From contig NZ_VYIJ01000007.1 in NCBI RefSeq assembly GCF_008709555.1, positions 411-64,410 of the forward strand: a DNA stretch of 64,000 nt, given 5' to 3'. The notes under the pieces were generated by a model. That model had not been told where the DNA came from. It was given only the letters and a program-made list of their open reading frames with translations, and made no database searches. Position 1 is the first letter of the stretch, and the number at the start of each line of letters is the position of its first letter. The position numbers were made by a program, and so were the translations under genes. The stretch is from Thermoplasma sp. Its GTDB lineage: Archaea > Thermoplasmatota > Thermoplasmata > Thermoplasmatales > Thermoplasmataceae. Of the stretch, positions 1 through 10,014 are shown one piece after another.

Positions 1-10
1 AAATGGAAAA

Positions 11-439
11 GTGATCTATCATTCCGATGCGGCAGAGATCTCTGATTTTGATAAAAAGAAGTTTTCAGATCTGGTTCTTGGTGCAAAGATACTTTCTATG
101 ATCTTTGCCATGTTTTTCGTCATATTATCCATCGCGTCTCTGATCGTAATTTTAGCCGGATTCATTACCGGCATTTCATCAGCGAATCTGAGGATCCTGA
201 TTTCTCCAGTTCCGGTATCCGTAGCTTCATTTATACTTGTTTCGTTCGTTCTCAGCGTATATTCGTTCTCCAGAATAGCCGCCCTCAGGAGACGCCTGCT
301 TGAGGGCTATCTATTCACCGCGTATATCGAGGACAGCACTTTCCTGAATATCATCGCGATCGTATTCAATGGCATTTTGCCAGGATTATTCCTCATTCTA
401 GCAAAACGCATGATTGGCCATGCCATCATATGGCAATGA
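11..439 (+). CDS. Hypothetical membrane protein
   Basis: 142-aa ORF with 3-4 hydrophobic segments; no family recognised. Confidence 0.7.
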   Translation: MIYHSDAAEISDFDKKKFSDLVLGAKILSMIFAMFFVILSIASLIVILAGFITGISSANLRILISPVPVSVASFILVSFVLSVYSFSRIAALRRRLLEGYLFTAYIEDSTFLNIIAIVFNGILPGLFLILAKRMIGHAIIWQ

Positions 440-523
440 GGCAGCTGTACAAGACAGTGATCTGGCCGAAGTTTATTGGTATCCTACATATTATTTATTA
501 ATAATAGAATGTTGAACATCAAA

Positions 524-1234
524 ATGAGCTGCATCGAATTTCATGAGGTACAGAAATCGTTCGGGAGCAAGAAGGCCCTTGATGGATTATCATTTGACGT
601 CGAATGCCAGGAGAGCGTGGCGCTGATCGGGCCAAATGGGGCTGGAAAAAGCACAACGCTGAAGATCCTTGCAGGCTTGATTAAACCAGATTCTGGAGAA
701 GTAAAGATTGGAGGTTTTGATCCGGATTCTATCGAGGCGAAAAGGATAATGGGCTATCTTCCAGAGGATGCCTCCCCGTATCTTACGCTGAGCGTAAAGG
801 AGAACCTGGAATACATAGGCGCGTTGAGGAAAACAGATGGCCTTGAACAGAAGGTTGAATTCCTGCTGAACATCATGGAACTGAACGAGTACAGGAACAG
901 CAGGGTAAGCACACTGTCCAGGGGGAACAGGCAGAAGCTTTCCATAGCGCTTGCGATAATACATGATCCAAAGATAATGCTGCTTGATGAGCCACTGAAT
1001 TACCTTGACATACCAACGCAGGAAAGGATTATAAAGTACTTCAAGGGCATGAATGCAACATTTCTCGTATCAACGCACATAATGTCCATTGCGGAAAGAT
1101 TCACAAAGAGTGCGCTGATCATAAATAACGGCCGTCTGGTTTGGTCCGGGCAGATCGATGAATTGAAGGAGATGAGCAGGCAAGAGGACATGACCGTAGA
1201 GGGAGTCATCTCCAAGATAATGGGTGAATCATGA
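524..1234 (+). CDS. ABC transporter ATP-binding protein
   Basis: Walker A GPNGAGKST, signature LSRGNRQK, Walker B LLDEP, H-loop STH; start taken at ATG 524. Confidence 0.95.
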   Translation: MSCIEFHEVQKSFGSKKALDGLSFDVECQESVALIGPNGAGKSTTLKILAGLIKPDSGEVKIGGFDPDSIEAKRIMGYLPEDASPYLTLSVKENLEYIGALRKTDGLEQKVEFLLNIMELNEYRNSRVSTLSRGNRQKLSIALAIIHDPKIMLLDEPLNYLDIPTQERIIKYFKGMNATFLVSTHIMSIAERFTKSALIINNGRLVWSGQIDELKEMSRQEDMTVEGVISKIMGES

Positions 1235-2637
1235 GACGCAGCTTGTTTTCTCTGATCCTCAGGACAAGGGTTTCCTCTTCATTTATCGCCTTGATAATCA
1301 TATTCCTCCTGCTCGCAGTGTTCACCATCGCCATTTCTGCACCACACGCAAGGCCCATAAGGGCTGAGTATCCTGTTTTCCTAGGCATCCTTTCGTTCAT
1401 ATCTCTCATCGTTATGGTTGGATCTGCACTCATATTCAAGAAATCTGATTTCGATTTCCTGTTCACATCGCCCATCCCTGCGAGTTCCTTATCTCTGAAC
1501 TTCTTTCTGGCCGCCCTGGTGATAAACTCCATGTATGCCTTCTTCCTCGTTTACTTTCTCCCAATGCTTGAGTACCCTGTATTCATCATACCAGCCGCGA
1601 TAGATCTCTGGTTCGTGATGGCCATAAACGTCTCACTTGCTGCCATTTTGAGAAGCATAAGCATCAGAAGGAGGCTGCTCATAATAGCCATTGTCCTGGT
1701 ATGGTACCTGGTACCAGGGTTCTTCAGTTTTCCCATCTCGCCAACCTCAGCTTTCGCGGGATATCCCATCTATGGAACTGTGATAGATGCTGCTGTGTCT
1801 CTGTCTCTTGTTTCATACAATGTGCTTAGGCCTCCCAGGATCGCCTATTATTATCGATCCCTGACGGCGGGAACAGCAACGATAAGGAGATCCATAAGCT
1901 TTGCAGGATCCACCCCCATTGGCGCAATATACAGGTTCAATCTGAAGATGGTCGGCGGTGCATCGACACTCAGGATCGGAAACGTATCAAAGAACTATGC
2001 CGGAAGGCTCAACATGGGTGTTGCTGTATGGGTATCGATGGCCGTAGCAGTTCTATACGGTGTGGCCTTTATATTCATTCCGGAAGCGGAGAGATCCATA
2101 ATAGAGATCTATTATATCCTCTACGGGGTGGCCATATACCCACTGATGAGAGGGATAAACTGGATACAGACGGAGAGAATTTGGCTTGCGCTGATGTCAC
2201 TGCCGGCCACCACCTATTTCAGGCACATGGCGCTGGCCAAGGTGATTTCCACACTGATAACGCTCTTGCCCCTCATCATTGTCAACTTCATTCTTTTCGC
2301 TGTTTTCAGGGACAGGATATTTCTCGAGATGTCTGTCATGACACTTGCATTATCTCCCTCTGTGCTCATATTTGGCTTCTACCTCGCTGGGTTTGTTAAC
2401 CCTTACCAGATAATCGATATCGGGGAGCTTCCTCCTTCATCACGGTATTCGGGGAGGAACTTTGTTGCAGGCCTCACAATCGCTCCTGTGGCCGCAATAG
2501 CGGTTCTGTCGATTTTCATTCCTGGCCTTTACCTTTATGCATCAATAGCATTCATAGCGGTGGCCATGATCCTGATAGCACTGCCGAACATACAGGACAG
2601 CCTGAAAAATTCAATACTGTCACACAATCTGCTATGA
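1231..2637 (+). CDS. ABC transporter permease (multi-TM)
   Basis: ATGA overlap with the ATPase; about 12 hydrophobic segments; DFDFLFTSPI motif typical of ABC-2-like permeases. Confidence 0.8.
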   Translation: MRRSLFSLILRTRVSSSFIALIIIFLLLAVFTIAISAPHARPIRAEYPVFLGILSFISLIVMVGSALIFKKSDFDFLFTSPIPASSLSLNFFLAALVINSMYAFFLVYFLPMLEYPVFIIPAAIDLWFVMAINVSLAAILRSISIRRRLLIIAIVLVWYLVPGFFSFPISPTSAFAGYPIYGTVIDAAVSLSLVSYNVLRPPRIAYYYRSLTAGTATIRRSISFAGSTPIGAIYRFNLKMVGGASTLRIGNVSKNYAGRLNMGVAVWVSMAVAVLYGVAFIFIPEAERSIIEIYYILYGVAIYPLMRGINWIQTERIWLALMSLPATTYFRHMALAKVISTLITLLPLIIVNFILFAVFRDRIFLEMSVMTLALSPSVLIFGFYLAGFVNPYQIIDIGELPPSSRYSGRNFVAGLTIAPVAAIAVLSIFIPGLYLYASIAFIAVAMILIALPNIQDSLKNSILSHNLL

Positions 2638-2702
2638 TCCACTATCGCCCTCTTATGGCGATTGAAAGCTGGATACTGGTAAAAGCATTATACTATGGGA
2701 TA

Positions 2703-2775
2703 TGGGCCCGACCGGGATCGAACCGGTGATCTCCGCCTTGTAAGGGCGACGTCGTAACCACTGGACCACGAGCCC
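2703..2775 (-). tRNA. tRNA-Val(TAC)
   Basis: Minus strand GGGCTCG...CGGGCCCA acceptor stem, anticodon loop CT-TAC-AA, T loop TTCGATC. Confidence 0.95.
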
Positions 2776-2990
2776 GCATTGTGGAAATGGCAAGGAAAAT
2801 AAAAACATGACGCTTCTCCTGTTCGAAGGCTGATTCCGTTCTGAGCGGCTGACATCTATCCCTGAATTCTTGATTTTTCAATCCTCAGTCCATGGGCATA
2901 TCCTCATCAACGTGTGATTGAACCTAAAGTTTCCGGTATATGGGTTATGTTAATGGAAACGTATTTATCTCGCATAAATTATGTATCCGC

Positions 2991-3539
2991 ATGGACTTCG
3001 TGATCTTTGCCAAGAAGAGCGTCCGTTTTCCCGGCAAGCATTCCACGCTGATCAACGGCCGCAGGATGATCGACATAGTTGCATCAAAGCTCGTGGATTA
3101 TGGCCAGGTGATACTTTACTCAAAGGATCCGGATCTGGAATGCGTGCAGTGCAGGGTCGTCAGGGATTCAACAGACGGCATAATAACTGATTCTGTCCTG
3201 AGCGCCATTGACAAGTTTGGCACATTTTTCGCTGTGGCTGGAGACATGCCGTTCATAACGCACCGGATGATCGAGAGGATCATCGATTCCTACGATGGAA
3301 GACCTACCTTTCCGATCCATGCGGATGGGCTCATAGAACCGCTGTTCGGTATATACACGGAAAGCGTTTATGACGCAATGCATGATTATATAGAATCTGG
3401 TGGAAAGAGTCTGATAGGGTTCCTGAACATGATAGACATTGAAAGCGTTCCAATAAACGAGGATGAAGAGAAGTTCTTCACAAGCATCAATTATCCGGAG
3501 GACATTGAGAAATATGCAGACCTGATAACTGATACATGA
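2991..3539 (+). CDS. mobA: Molybdenum cofactor guanylyltransferase-like NTP transferase
   Basis: VAGDMPFI, IEPLFGIY and SINYPED motifs; N-terminal LAGG loop is degenerate. Confidence 0.75.
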   Translation: MDFVIFAKKSVRFPGKHSTLINGRRMIDIVASKLVDYGQVILYSKDPDLECVQCRVVRDSTDGIITDSVLSAIDKFGTFFAVAGDMPFITHRMIERIIDSYDGRPTFPIHADGLIEPLFGIYTESVYDAMHDYIESGGKSLIGFLNMIDIESVPINEDEEKFFTSINYPEDIEKYADLITDT

Positions 3540-3607
3540 ATTTTGCTATAATTATCTGTCTATGCATTATTTAGACATTATTTCAATAAACTATATATAG
3601 CACAGAT

Positions 3608-4771
3608 ATGATACATATAATAATGCAGGGTTATACGGACGCATCCGATATGATAAGATCGTCCATACGGGAATTTGTCAGGAAGGAGATCGAACCCATA
3701 AGATCCAAGATCGACAGGGATGATTATTTTCCGGAGGATAAATTCAGGCTGATGGGGAGGATGGGCTATCTTGGTGTGACCGTACCACCGGAATACGGGG
3801 GAAGCGGTGCTGGCTATCTCGCGCAGGCAATAATTGAGGATGAGCTTGGCTATTCATCTCCTTCATTGGCGCTATCGTACGGTGCACACAGCAACCTTTG
3901 CCTGGATAACGTATACAGGAATGGATCGGAATTTATAAGAGAAACTTACGTTCCCAAGCTTGCCTCTGGGGAATACATAGGATCACTATGCCTAACTGAA
4001 CCAGGATCTGGATCGGACGCGCTGGCCATGTCTACCCACATCGACGAGATCGATGGTAGCCTGTATCTCTCAGGGAGCAAGATGTTCATCACAAATGCGC
4101 CGTACGCGGACCTGTTTCTGGTGCACAGCAGGGATGGCGATTCGTACTCATCAGTGATCGTCCTTGCAGACGATGGGGGCTTCAGCAGGGGCAGATCCCT
4201 GGAGAAGATGGGTATGCGCGGATCCCCGACTGGAGAGATATTCTTCAACAGGGTGAGGATCGGACCAGAAAGGATCGTCGGAGGAAGGGGATCTGGAAAG
4301 AGGATCATAATGTCTGGCCTGAACTCAGAGAGGGTGATACTTTCTTTCATATTCATAGGGCTAGCAAGGCGTGCCATAGACGAAGCGGTAAACTATGCAT
4401 CAGAGCGGAAGCAATTCGGACAGCACCTGGCAGACTTCGAATTGATACAGGAGAAGCTTTCGTACATGTATGTCAGGTATGAGGCCAGCAGGATGCTTGC
4501 ATTCAGAGCACTGGAGAAGCTACAGTTCGACATGATGGATCCCATCGACGCAGCCTCAGCCATCATGTATGCATCAGAATCCGCCGAGTACATAGCAAGA
4601 GAGGCCATCCAGATTTTCGGAGGTTATGGCTACATAAAGGATACAGGCATAGAGGTGCTGCTGAGGGATGCAATACTTGGACAGATAGGGGCCGGAACGA
4701 CAGAGATAAGGAAGCGCGTGATCGCCAGATCCCTCGTCAGGATGTATAAGGAAGGGAGAAAAATAGAATGA
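3608..4771 (+). CDS. Acyl-CoA dehydrogenase (isovaleryl-CoA dehydrogenase-like)
   Basis: SYGAHSNLC, LTEPGSGSDA, GSKMFITN, RKQFG, QIFGGYGY, GAGTTEI motifs. Confidence 0.93.
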   Translation: MIHIIMQGYTDASDMIRSSIREFVRKEIEPIRSKIDRDDYFPEDKFRLMGRMGYLGVTVPPEYGGSGAGYLAQAIIEDELGYSSPSLALSYGAHSNLCLDNVYRNGSEFIRETYVPKLASGEYIGSLCLTEPGSGSDALAMSTHIDEIDGSLYLSGSKMFITNAPYADLFLVHSRDGDSYSSVIVLADDGGFSRGRSLEKMGMRGSPTGEIFFNRVRIGPERIVGGRGSGKRIIMSGLNSERVILSFIFIGLARRAIDEAVNYASERKQFGQHLADFELIQEKLSYMYVRYEASRMLAFRALEKLQFDMMDPIDAASAIMYASESAEYIAREAIQIFGGYGYIKDTGIEVLLRDAILGQIGAGTTEIRKRVIARSLVRMYKEGRKIE

Positions 4772-4866
4772 AAGTACCGTTATGAGAAGCTGATACACTT
4801 CATTATCGTTTTCGGAATAAATGCATATGGAAAAACTGTTATATATATTCAATCATTGGTGCATGC

Positions 4867-6726
4867 ATGTTCGATTACAATCCTTCTGAGGAGGCCATAG
4901 CATATACCAACCTTGGACGTTTTGCTTCATCATTGGGCATGAGCATCAGGGATCTCTACATCCGTGCTGATAGGGATCCGGAATGGTTCTGGCCAAAGGT
5001 TATAGAGGACATCGGCATAGAATTCTTCAGAGAATACCAGAGCGTTGTTGATCTATCTGGTGGAATTCCCTGGGCAAAGTGGTTCACGGGTGGCAGCATC
5101 AACATTGAGTACAACGCAGTTGAACGCCATTCTGGATCCGGAAAGACCGCAATAGTATACCAATCCGAGGATGGCGAGATCTCCAAATTATCGTACTCGG
5201 AACTCAACAGGAGGGTATCGGCGCTATCATCTACCATTCGTGATATGGGCGTAGGCAAAGGCGACCGCGTCGCCATATACATGCCCTTTAATGCAAAAAG
5301 CGCCATAGCTTTCTATGCTGTACTCCGAATAGGTGCCGTTGCGGTTCCAATGTTCTCAGGCTATGGGCTTGATGCTGTCAGGGGAAGACTGGAAGATTCC
5401 GGTGCTGGTCTTCTGATAACATCCTCATCTTACACCAGGAAGGGAAAGACCATCGACATGTCAGCCGTGGCCGATCGGATAGATATGAAGACCATAATGG
5501 ATGGCGAAGGTACGAAATTCTACAGGTTCGAAGACGCAATAAGCGGTGGAAAGAGCGTGCCCGTGGAACACACCTCAAGCGAGGATCCAGCGATAATGCT
5601 TTACACCTCCGGGACGACAGGAAGACCAAAAGGGACGATACACGTACATGGTGGTGCTCTCGTCAATATAGCAAAGGAGGTAAAGTATTATATGGATCTC
5701 AGGGAAAACGACGTGCTTCACTGGATAACGGATCTTGGCTGGATGATGGGGCCATGGGCTCTGATAGGCACGAACACACTGCGCGGGACCATATTCCTCT
5801 ATGACGGTGCCATAGATTATCCTGACCCTGACAGGATCTTCGATATTGTGCATGATAACGGCATAACCTTGCTTGGCCTCTCGCCCACGGTCGTGAGGAT
5901 GATCAAATTCAGGGGAACCAGGCGTACATTTGATACCGTCAGGGTGTTCGGTTCCACAGGTGAGCCATGGGACGAGGAGTCATGGCTGTACCTGTTCAAC
6001 GTGCTTGGTCGTGGCAAGGCTCCCATATCTAATATATCTGGTGGCACAGATATAATTGGATGCTTTCTGGCATCAAATCCAGCCATACCGCAGAAGCCCA
6101 GATGCCTCTATAGAGGCCTTGGGATGAATGCATCCATATTCGATGAGGATGGAAAAGAGGTTTACGGAAAGGTCGGTTACCTTGTGGCAAGGTTCCCGAG
6201 CCCGTCAATGACACGTGGACTCTGGGGAAACCCTGAAAAATACCTCGAAACATACTGGTCAAGGTTCGAGAATGTGTGGTTCCATGGCGACTTCGGCGAG
6301 ATGGATGAGGATGGCTATTTCTATCTCTATGGAAGATCAGACGATGTGATAAAGATCGCCGGAAAACGCGTCGGGCCAAACGAGGTGGAGGATCTGGTAA
6401 TGCGCGTTGATGGCGTGACAGAATGCGCTGTTGTTTCCATACCTGACAGGATCAAGGGGGATGTTCTGGCCGTGTTCTATGTAGGTGATCCTGGACTGAA
6501 TGGCAGGATAGAGAAGGAGATAGAGATGGGGATGGGGAAGCCGTTCAGGCCGGCGCATGTGATACGCATATCGAGGATACCCAAGACAAGAAACGGGAAG
6601 ATCATGAGGAGGGTGATAAGATCCGCATTTTGCGGCCTCCCTGTCGGCGATACAAGCAACACAGACGACAGCGACGTGATACGCGAGATAGAGGACATAG
6701 GCAAGATGGCCCTCAGGCAGCCATGA
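4867..6726 (+). CDS. AMP-forming acetyl/acyl-CoA synthetase
   Basis: YTSGTTGRPKG, DLGWMMG, GRSDDVIK, PKTRNGKIMRR motifs. Confidence 0.93.
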   Translation: MFDYNPSEEAIAYTNLGRFASSLGMSIRDLYIRADRDPEWFWPKVIEDIGIEFFREYQSVVDLSGGIPWAKWFTGGSINIEYNAVERHSGSGKTAIVYQSEDGEISKLSYSELNRRVSALSSTIRDMGVGKGDRVAIYMPFNAKSAIAFYAVLRIGAVAVPMFSGYGLDAVRGRLEDSGAGLLITSSSYTRKGKTIDMSAVADRIDMKTIMDGEGTKFYRFEDAISGGKSVPVEHTSSEDPAIMLYTSGTTGRPKGTIHVHGGALVNIAKEVKYYMDLRENDVLHWITDLGWMMGPWALIGTNTLRGTIFLYDGAIDYPDPDRIFDIVHDNGITLLGLSPTVVRMIKFRGTRRTFDTVRVFGSTGEPWDEESWLYLFNVLGRGKAPISNISGGTDIIGCFLASNPAIPQKPRCLYRGLGMNASIFDEDGKEVYGKVGYLVARFPSPSMTRGLWGNPEKYLETYWSRFENVWFHGDFGEMDEDGYFYLYGRSDDVIKIAGKRVGPNEVEDLVMRVDGVTECAVVSIPDRIKGDVLAVFYVGDPGLNGRIEKEIEMGMGKPFRPAHVIRISRIPKTRNGKIMRRVIRSAFCGLPVGDTSNTDDSDVIREIEDIGKMALRQP

Positions 6727-7333
6727 TAGCTCTTACAGTTCTGCTGGCCTTTCTGGTTCATGGAGAGTTGCAGCACCATATTCAATTCTCCATTGGTGCT
6801 GCCTCGTTTCATGCGAGTGGCCTAATGTCTTTGTGAGATGCATTATAGGCTTCTGGATGGGCCTTCTGCAGGACTGTAACGACGAATTCTATCGGCTTAC
6901 CCATGAGATATGGTACGTGGTGCGTGATCCCTTCTACATGAGGCTTAAGATCATATTCATAACGTGGAGCATAATGAGGATCCTGAACGTGTAGCGATAT
7001 CGCGCATTCCGTTTGGAATTATATCACGTGATCGCGGCTTCGTATCGTAAAGATGGGGAAACTTGCAGCGGTGCATACTGAAAGATAGGCGGAGATGTTG
7101 AGGAATTTAAAATAGAGGCCAGCGCTATTATCTTGAACAGGACACGGCAAGAAAACATTGGAATATCAATTCCTGAGATGCTGCTCCCATTTGGAAATAG
7201 TATGCGGAGCAATGCCATATATCGTAACCTTTAGAAATTTTTCATCAAAGATGAATCAACTGGAAAAGGTATCCTCAAGATCATCATACCTCCTGAATTC
7301 CGCATAGATATGAGAAATACAAACCATGGAAAG

Positions 7334-7473
7334 TGGGGACACTGGGAGTTGAACCCAGATCTACGGGTCTCTTCCTGGATCATAGTTCCAGTCACTCATC
7401 ATCACATCAGATGACCCTGTTTCTAATCATCTCCTGACTGGAGCCCGTCAGGATGCCATTACCCCATGTCCCC
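7334..7473 (-). tRNA. tRNA-Trp(CCA) with a 69-nt intron at position 37/38 (intron 7369-7437)
   Basis: GGGGACA...TGTCCCCA acceptor stem; ACGGG-CT-CCA-G[intron]A-CCCGT anticodon arm; T loop TTCAACT. Confidence 0.93.
7369..7437 (-). ncRNA. Box C/D guide RNA encoded in the tRNA-Trp intron
   Basis: C box-like GATGATT, D' CTGA, C' ATGATGA, variant D box ATGA; guide segments complementary to pre-tRNA positions 34 and 39. Confidence 0.85.
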
Positions 7474-7617
7474 TGCCGCAACTGATCCACCAGAGTTCGA
7501 TCATCGTGCGATGATGGAACGTCGCGGAGTTTCAGAGAGTGATGTTTGTATCGTATATATCAATTTCGCAGATTATTGCACTGCATATTAATGGGACAGA
7601 TCATGATCACAGTGCAT

Positions 7618-8235
7618 TCATCGTTTCAACACTGGATAAAGATCCACCACGCTGACCTCCCTGAAATCCGAATAGAACTCGCTGACTGCCTCAAATTCAT
7701 AGGGCATTTCAGCGTAGATTATCGGAACACCCTCCGAACGTATCAGATCGAAGGCGTCCTCACTCAGAACGGGCACGGCGATGGATATATTCCTGGTTAT
7801 CGATGATCTTATGCTCCTTACGGCCGCGACTATTGTTGTACCGGTGGCTGATCCGTCGTCGACAAGTATGACGGCATCCCATCTGCCACGAAACACGGAA
7901 TTGCTATCACCAAGAGATCTGCGCATCTCCGCGATCTCGTCCATGATCCTGCTGACACTGTACTGTATGCTTTCTCTGTCTATGCCAGATGAAAATGTGT
8001 TCAGATAGGGCTTCCTCTCCTGCCCCTCTGCTATGGCGCCTATGGCGAATTCCGGATCATCAGGATGCCCTATCTTCTTGACCACTATTGTCGTCAGTTC
8101 GCAACCCAGCGCATCGGCTATAGGCCTGGCAGTAAGGATGCCGCCCCTTGCGATGCCGGTAACGGTACAGTTCCCTGCTGGCCTCTGGATCTTGCCTGCA
8201 AGTAAGTGCCCGGCCTCGATCCTGTCCCTGAACAT
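7618..8235 (-). CDS. Phosphoribosyltransferase family protein
   Basis: MFRDRIEAG, ARGG, KIGHPDDPEFAIGA and VILVDDGSATGTT PRPP-binding loop. Confidence 0.9.
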   Translation of the reverse strand: MFRDRIEAGHLLAGKIQRPAGNCTVTGIARGGILTARPIADALGCELTTIVVKKIGHPDDPEFAIGAIAEGQERKPYLNTFSSGIDRESIQYSVSRIMDEIAEMRRSLGDSNSVFRGRWDAVILVDDGSATGTTIVAAVRSIRSSITRNISIAVPVLSEDAFDLIRSEGVPIIYAEMPYEFEAVSEFYSDFREVSVVDLYPVLKR

Positions 8236-8302
8236 GGCCTCATCTCCATCCAGAACCTGAATAATACATCAAGCTAAAAATTGCGGATAAACCTTTCCAT
8301 TT

Positions 8303-9067
8303 TCAGATCTTTGCCTTCCTGTAGGAGAGCGCGGCGAAGACAAAGAACAAAGCGGAGAGGATCACAACAACGCCAACATATACCAGGTCGGATCCTGTGA
8401 GCCGGGCAAACATCATGTCCCTCACTGAATTCACTATGTATGTCAGTGGATTCGCGTAGGATACTATCCTCAGTCCAAGGGGCGTCCTTCCATTGATCGG
8501 ATAGAACGCTGAACTTGCGAAGTCCAGAATGAAGAATATGAACATGGTCACGGTGTTGTATGTCTGAATGGTGCGTATAAACACCGAGAGAACCAGGAAC
8601 AGCGAGGTGAAGAGTATCGATGATACAAGGAGTACGACAATTATGAGCAGTATGTTCACCAGGTAATGAACAACGAACCCGGTGAGAAGATAGGATACAA
8701 GGAACATGAGAAGGGCTCCCCCCACCGAGAATATCATCGACACGTATATTATTCCCAGCAGGTAATCTATCCTGTGGAACGGACCCACCAGCAGCTGCTC
8801 GAACATCCCCCAGCGCCTGTCAGACCACAGCATGCTCCCACCTATGGATCCAGCTATGAAGGGCTGCATCGCCACAACACCCGGAGACAGAAACTGCGCA
8901 TAGCTTATTGATCTCCCGTCAAAAACAACATTTGGTATAAGTGCCTGGAACATGAGGCCAAGAACGATAAGGTAGAATGAGGGGAGGCCAATAAGAAAGA
9001 GGAGCGTACCAGGATCAGTGTTTATTATCAGATTCCTTGCCGTCAGGCGGAGGGATGGAGGCATCAT
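8303..9067 (-). CDS. ABC-2 type exporter permease
   Basis: Six TM segments, YAQFLSPG and NPLTY motifs; overlaps the ATPase gene by 4 nt. Confidence 0.9.
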   Translation of the reverse strand: MMPPSLRLTARNLIINTDPGTLLFLIGLPSFYLIVLGLMFQALIPNVVFDGRSISYAQFLSPGVVAMQPFIAGSIGGSMLWSDRRWGMFEQLLVGPFHRIDYLLGIIYVSMIFSVGGALLMFLVSYLLTGFVVHYLVNILLIIVVLLVSSILFTSLFLVLSVFIRTIQTYNTVTMFIFFILDFASSAFYPINGRTPLGLRIVSYANPLTYIVNSVRDMMFARLTGSDLVYVGVVVILSALFFVFAALSYRKAKI

Positions 9068-9981
9068 GATACCACCTTCAGGAAAACGTCGTCGAGGCTG
9101 CTCTCCTCGACGCTTATTCTCTCTATCCTTATATCCTTTGTCTTCAGGTATATTATGAGATCCGGGAGTATATCTTCCACGTTCTTGGAAACTATGCGTA
9201 TCTCTTCGTTGTCCACGATGACATCCTCAGGAAACTTGGATTTGAGACTCTCGTAATCAATGTCCCCTGAGACAACGACGTGTATCGTCTTGAGATCACC
9301 GTATTTTGCCTTCAGATCGGAGCTTGTACCCTCAGCCACTATCTTCCCCCTGTTCATTATGGCGATCCTGTCGCAGAGGTAATCGGCCTCCTCCATGATC
9401 TGCGTCGTGTAGAGTACAGTCAGGCCTCTTCTCGCCTTGTCCCTGATATAATTCAACACGGAACGGCGCATTATCGGATCTAGGCCAACTGTAGGTTCGT
9501 CCAGAAACAGGAGATCCATATCGTGTATGAACTCCCTTGCTACCTGAAGGCGCTTCTTCTGGCCACCAGAGAGCTCCATGGCCCTCACCTTGCGCAGCGG
9601 ACCGAGATCGAAGACCTCAAGCACCTCCTCAATTCTTGCCTTCAGCACCTCCCTGGGGACGTCCCAGAGCATGCCGTAGACCTTCAGGTTACGTTCAACG
9701 CTTGCAAAATCAAATGACTCGTTCTGCAGCACCACTCCTATGCGCCTCCTTATCTTCTCAGCATTCTCGGACACATCCATGCCCAGAATCCTGACCTTTC
9801 CGTAATGTACGGGAAGTATCGTTGTCATCGTCCTTATTGTCGTCGTCTTTCCGGCCCCGTTCTTTCCAAGAAGGCCGTATATCTCCCCCTTTGCAACATT
9901 GAATGAAACATCATCGACCACGAACGTTCTCCCATCATAGGTCTGCCGGAGGTGTTCAACCTCGATCACTTTCTCAGGCAC
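9064..9981 (-). CDS. ABC exporter ATP-binding protein (DrrA-like)
   Basis: GKNGAGKTT, LSGGQ, LDEPTVGLD, C-terminal SLDDVF. Confidence 0.93.
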   Translation of the reverse strand: MPEKVIEVEHLRQTYDGRTFVVDDVSFNVAKGEIYGLLGKNGAGKTTTIRTMTTILPVHYGKVRILGMDVSENAEKIRRRIGVVLQNESFDFASVERNLKVYGMLWDVPREVLKARIEEVLEVFDLGPLRKVRAMELSGGQKKRLQVAREFIHDMDLLFLDEPTVGLDPIMRRSVLNYIRDKARRGLTVLYTTQIMEEADYLCDRIAIMNRGKIVAEGTSSDLKAKYGDLKTIHVVVSGDIDYESLKSKFPEDVIVDNEEIRIVSKNVEDILPDLIIYLKTKDIRIERISVEESSLDDVFLKVVS

Positions 9982-10014
9982 ATCTGGACAATTTGAAAAA
10001 ATATATAGACATTG

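Noticed and set aside
2693..2881. 62-aa minus-strand ORF
   Set aside because: Runs through tRNA-Val
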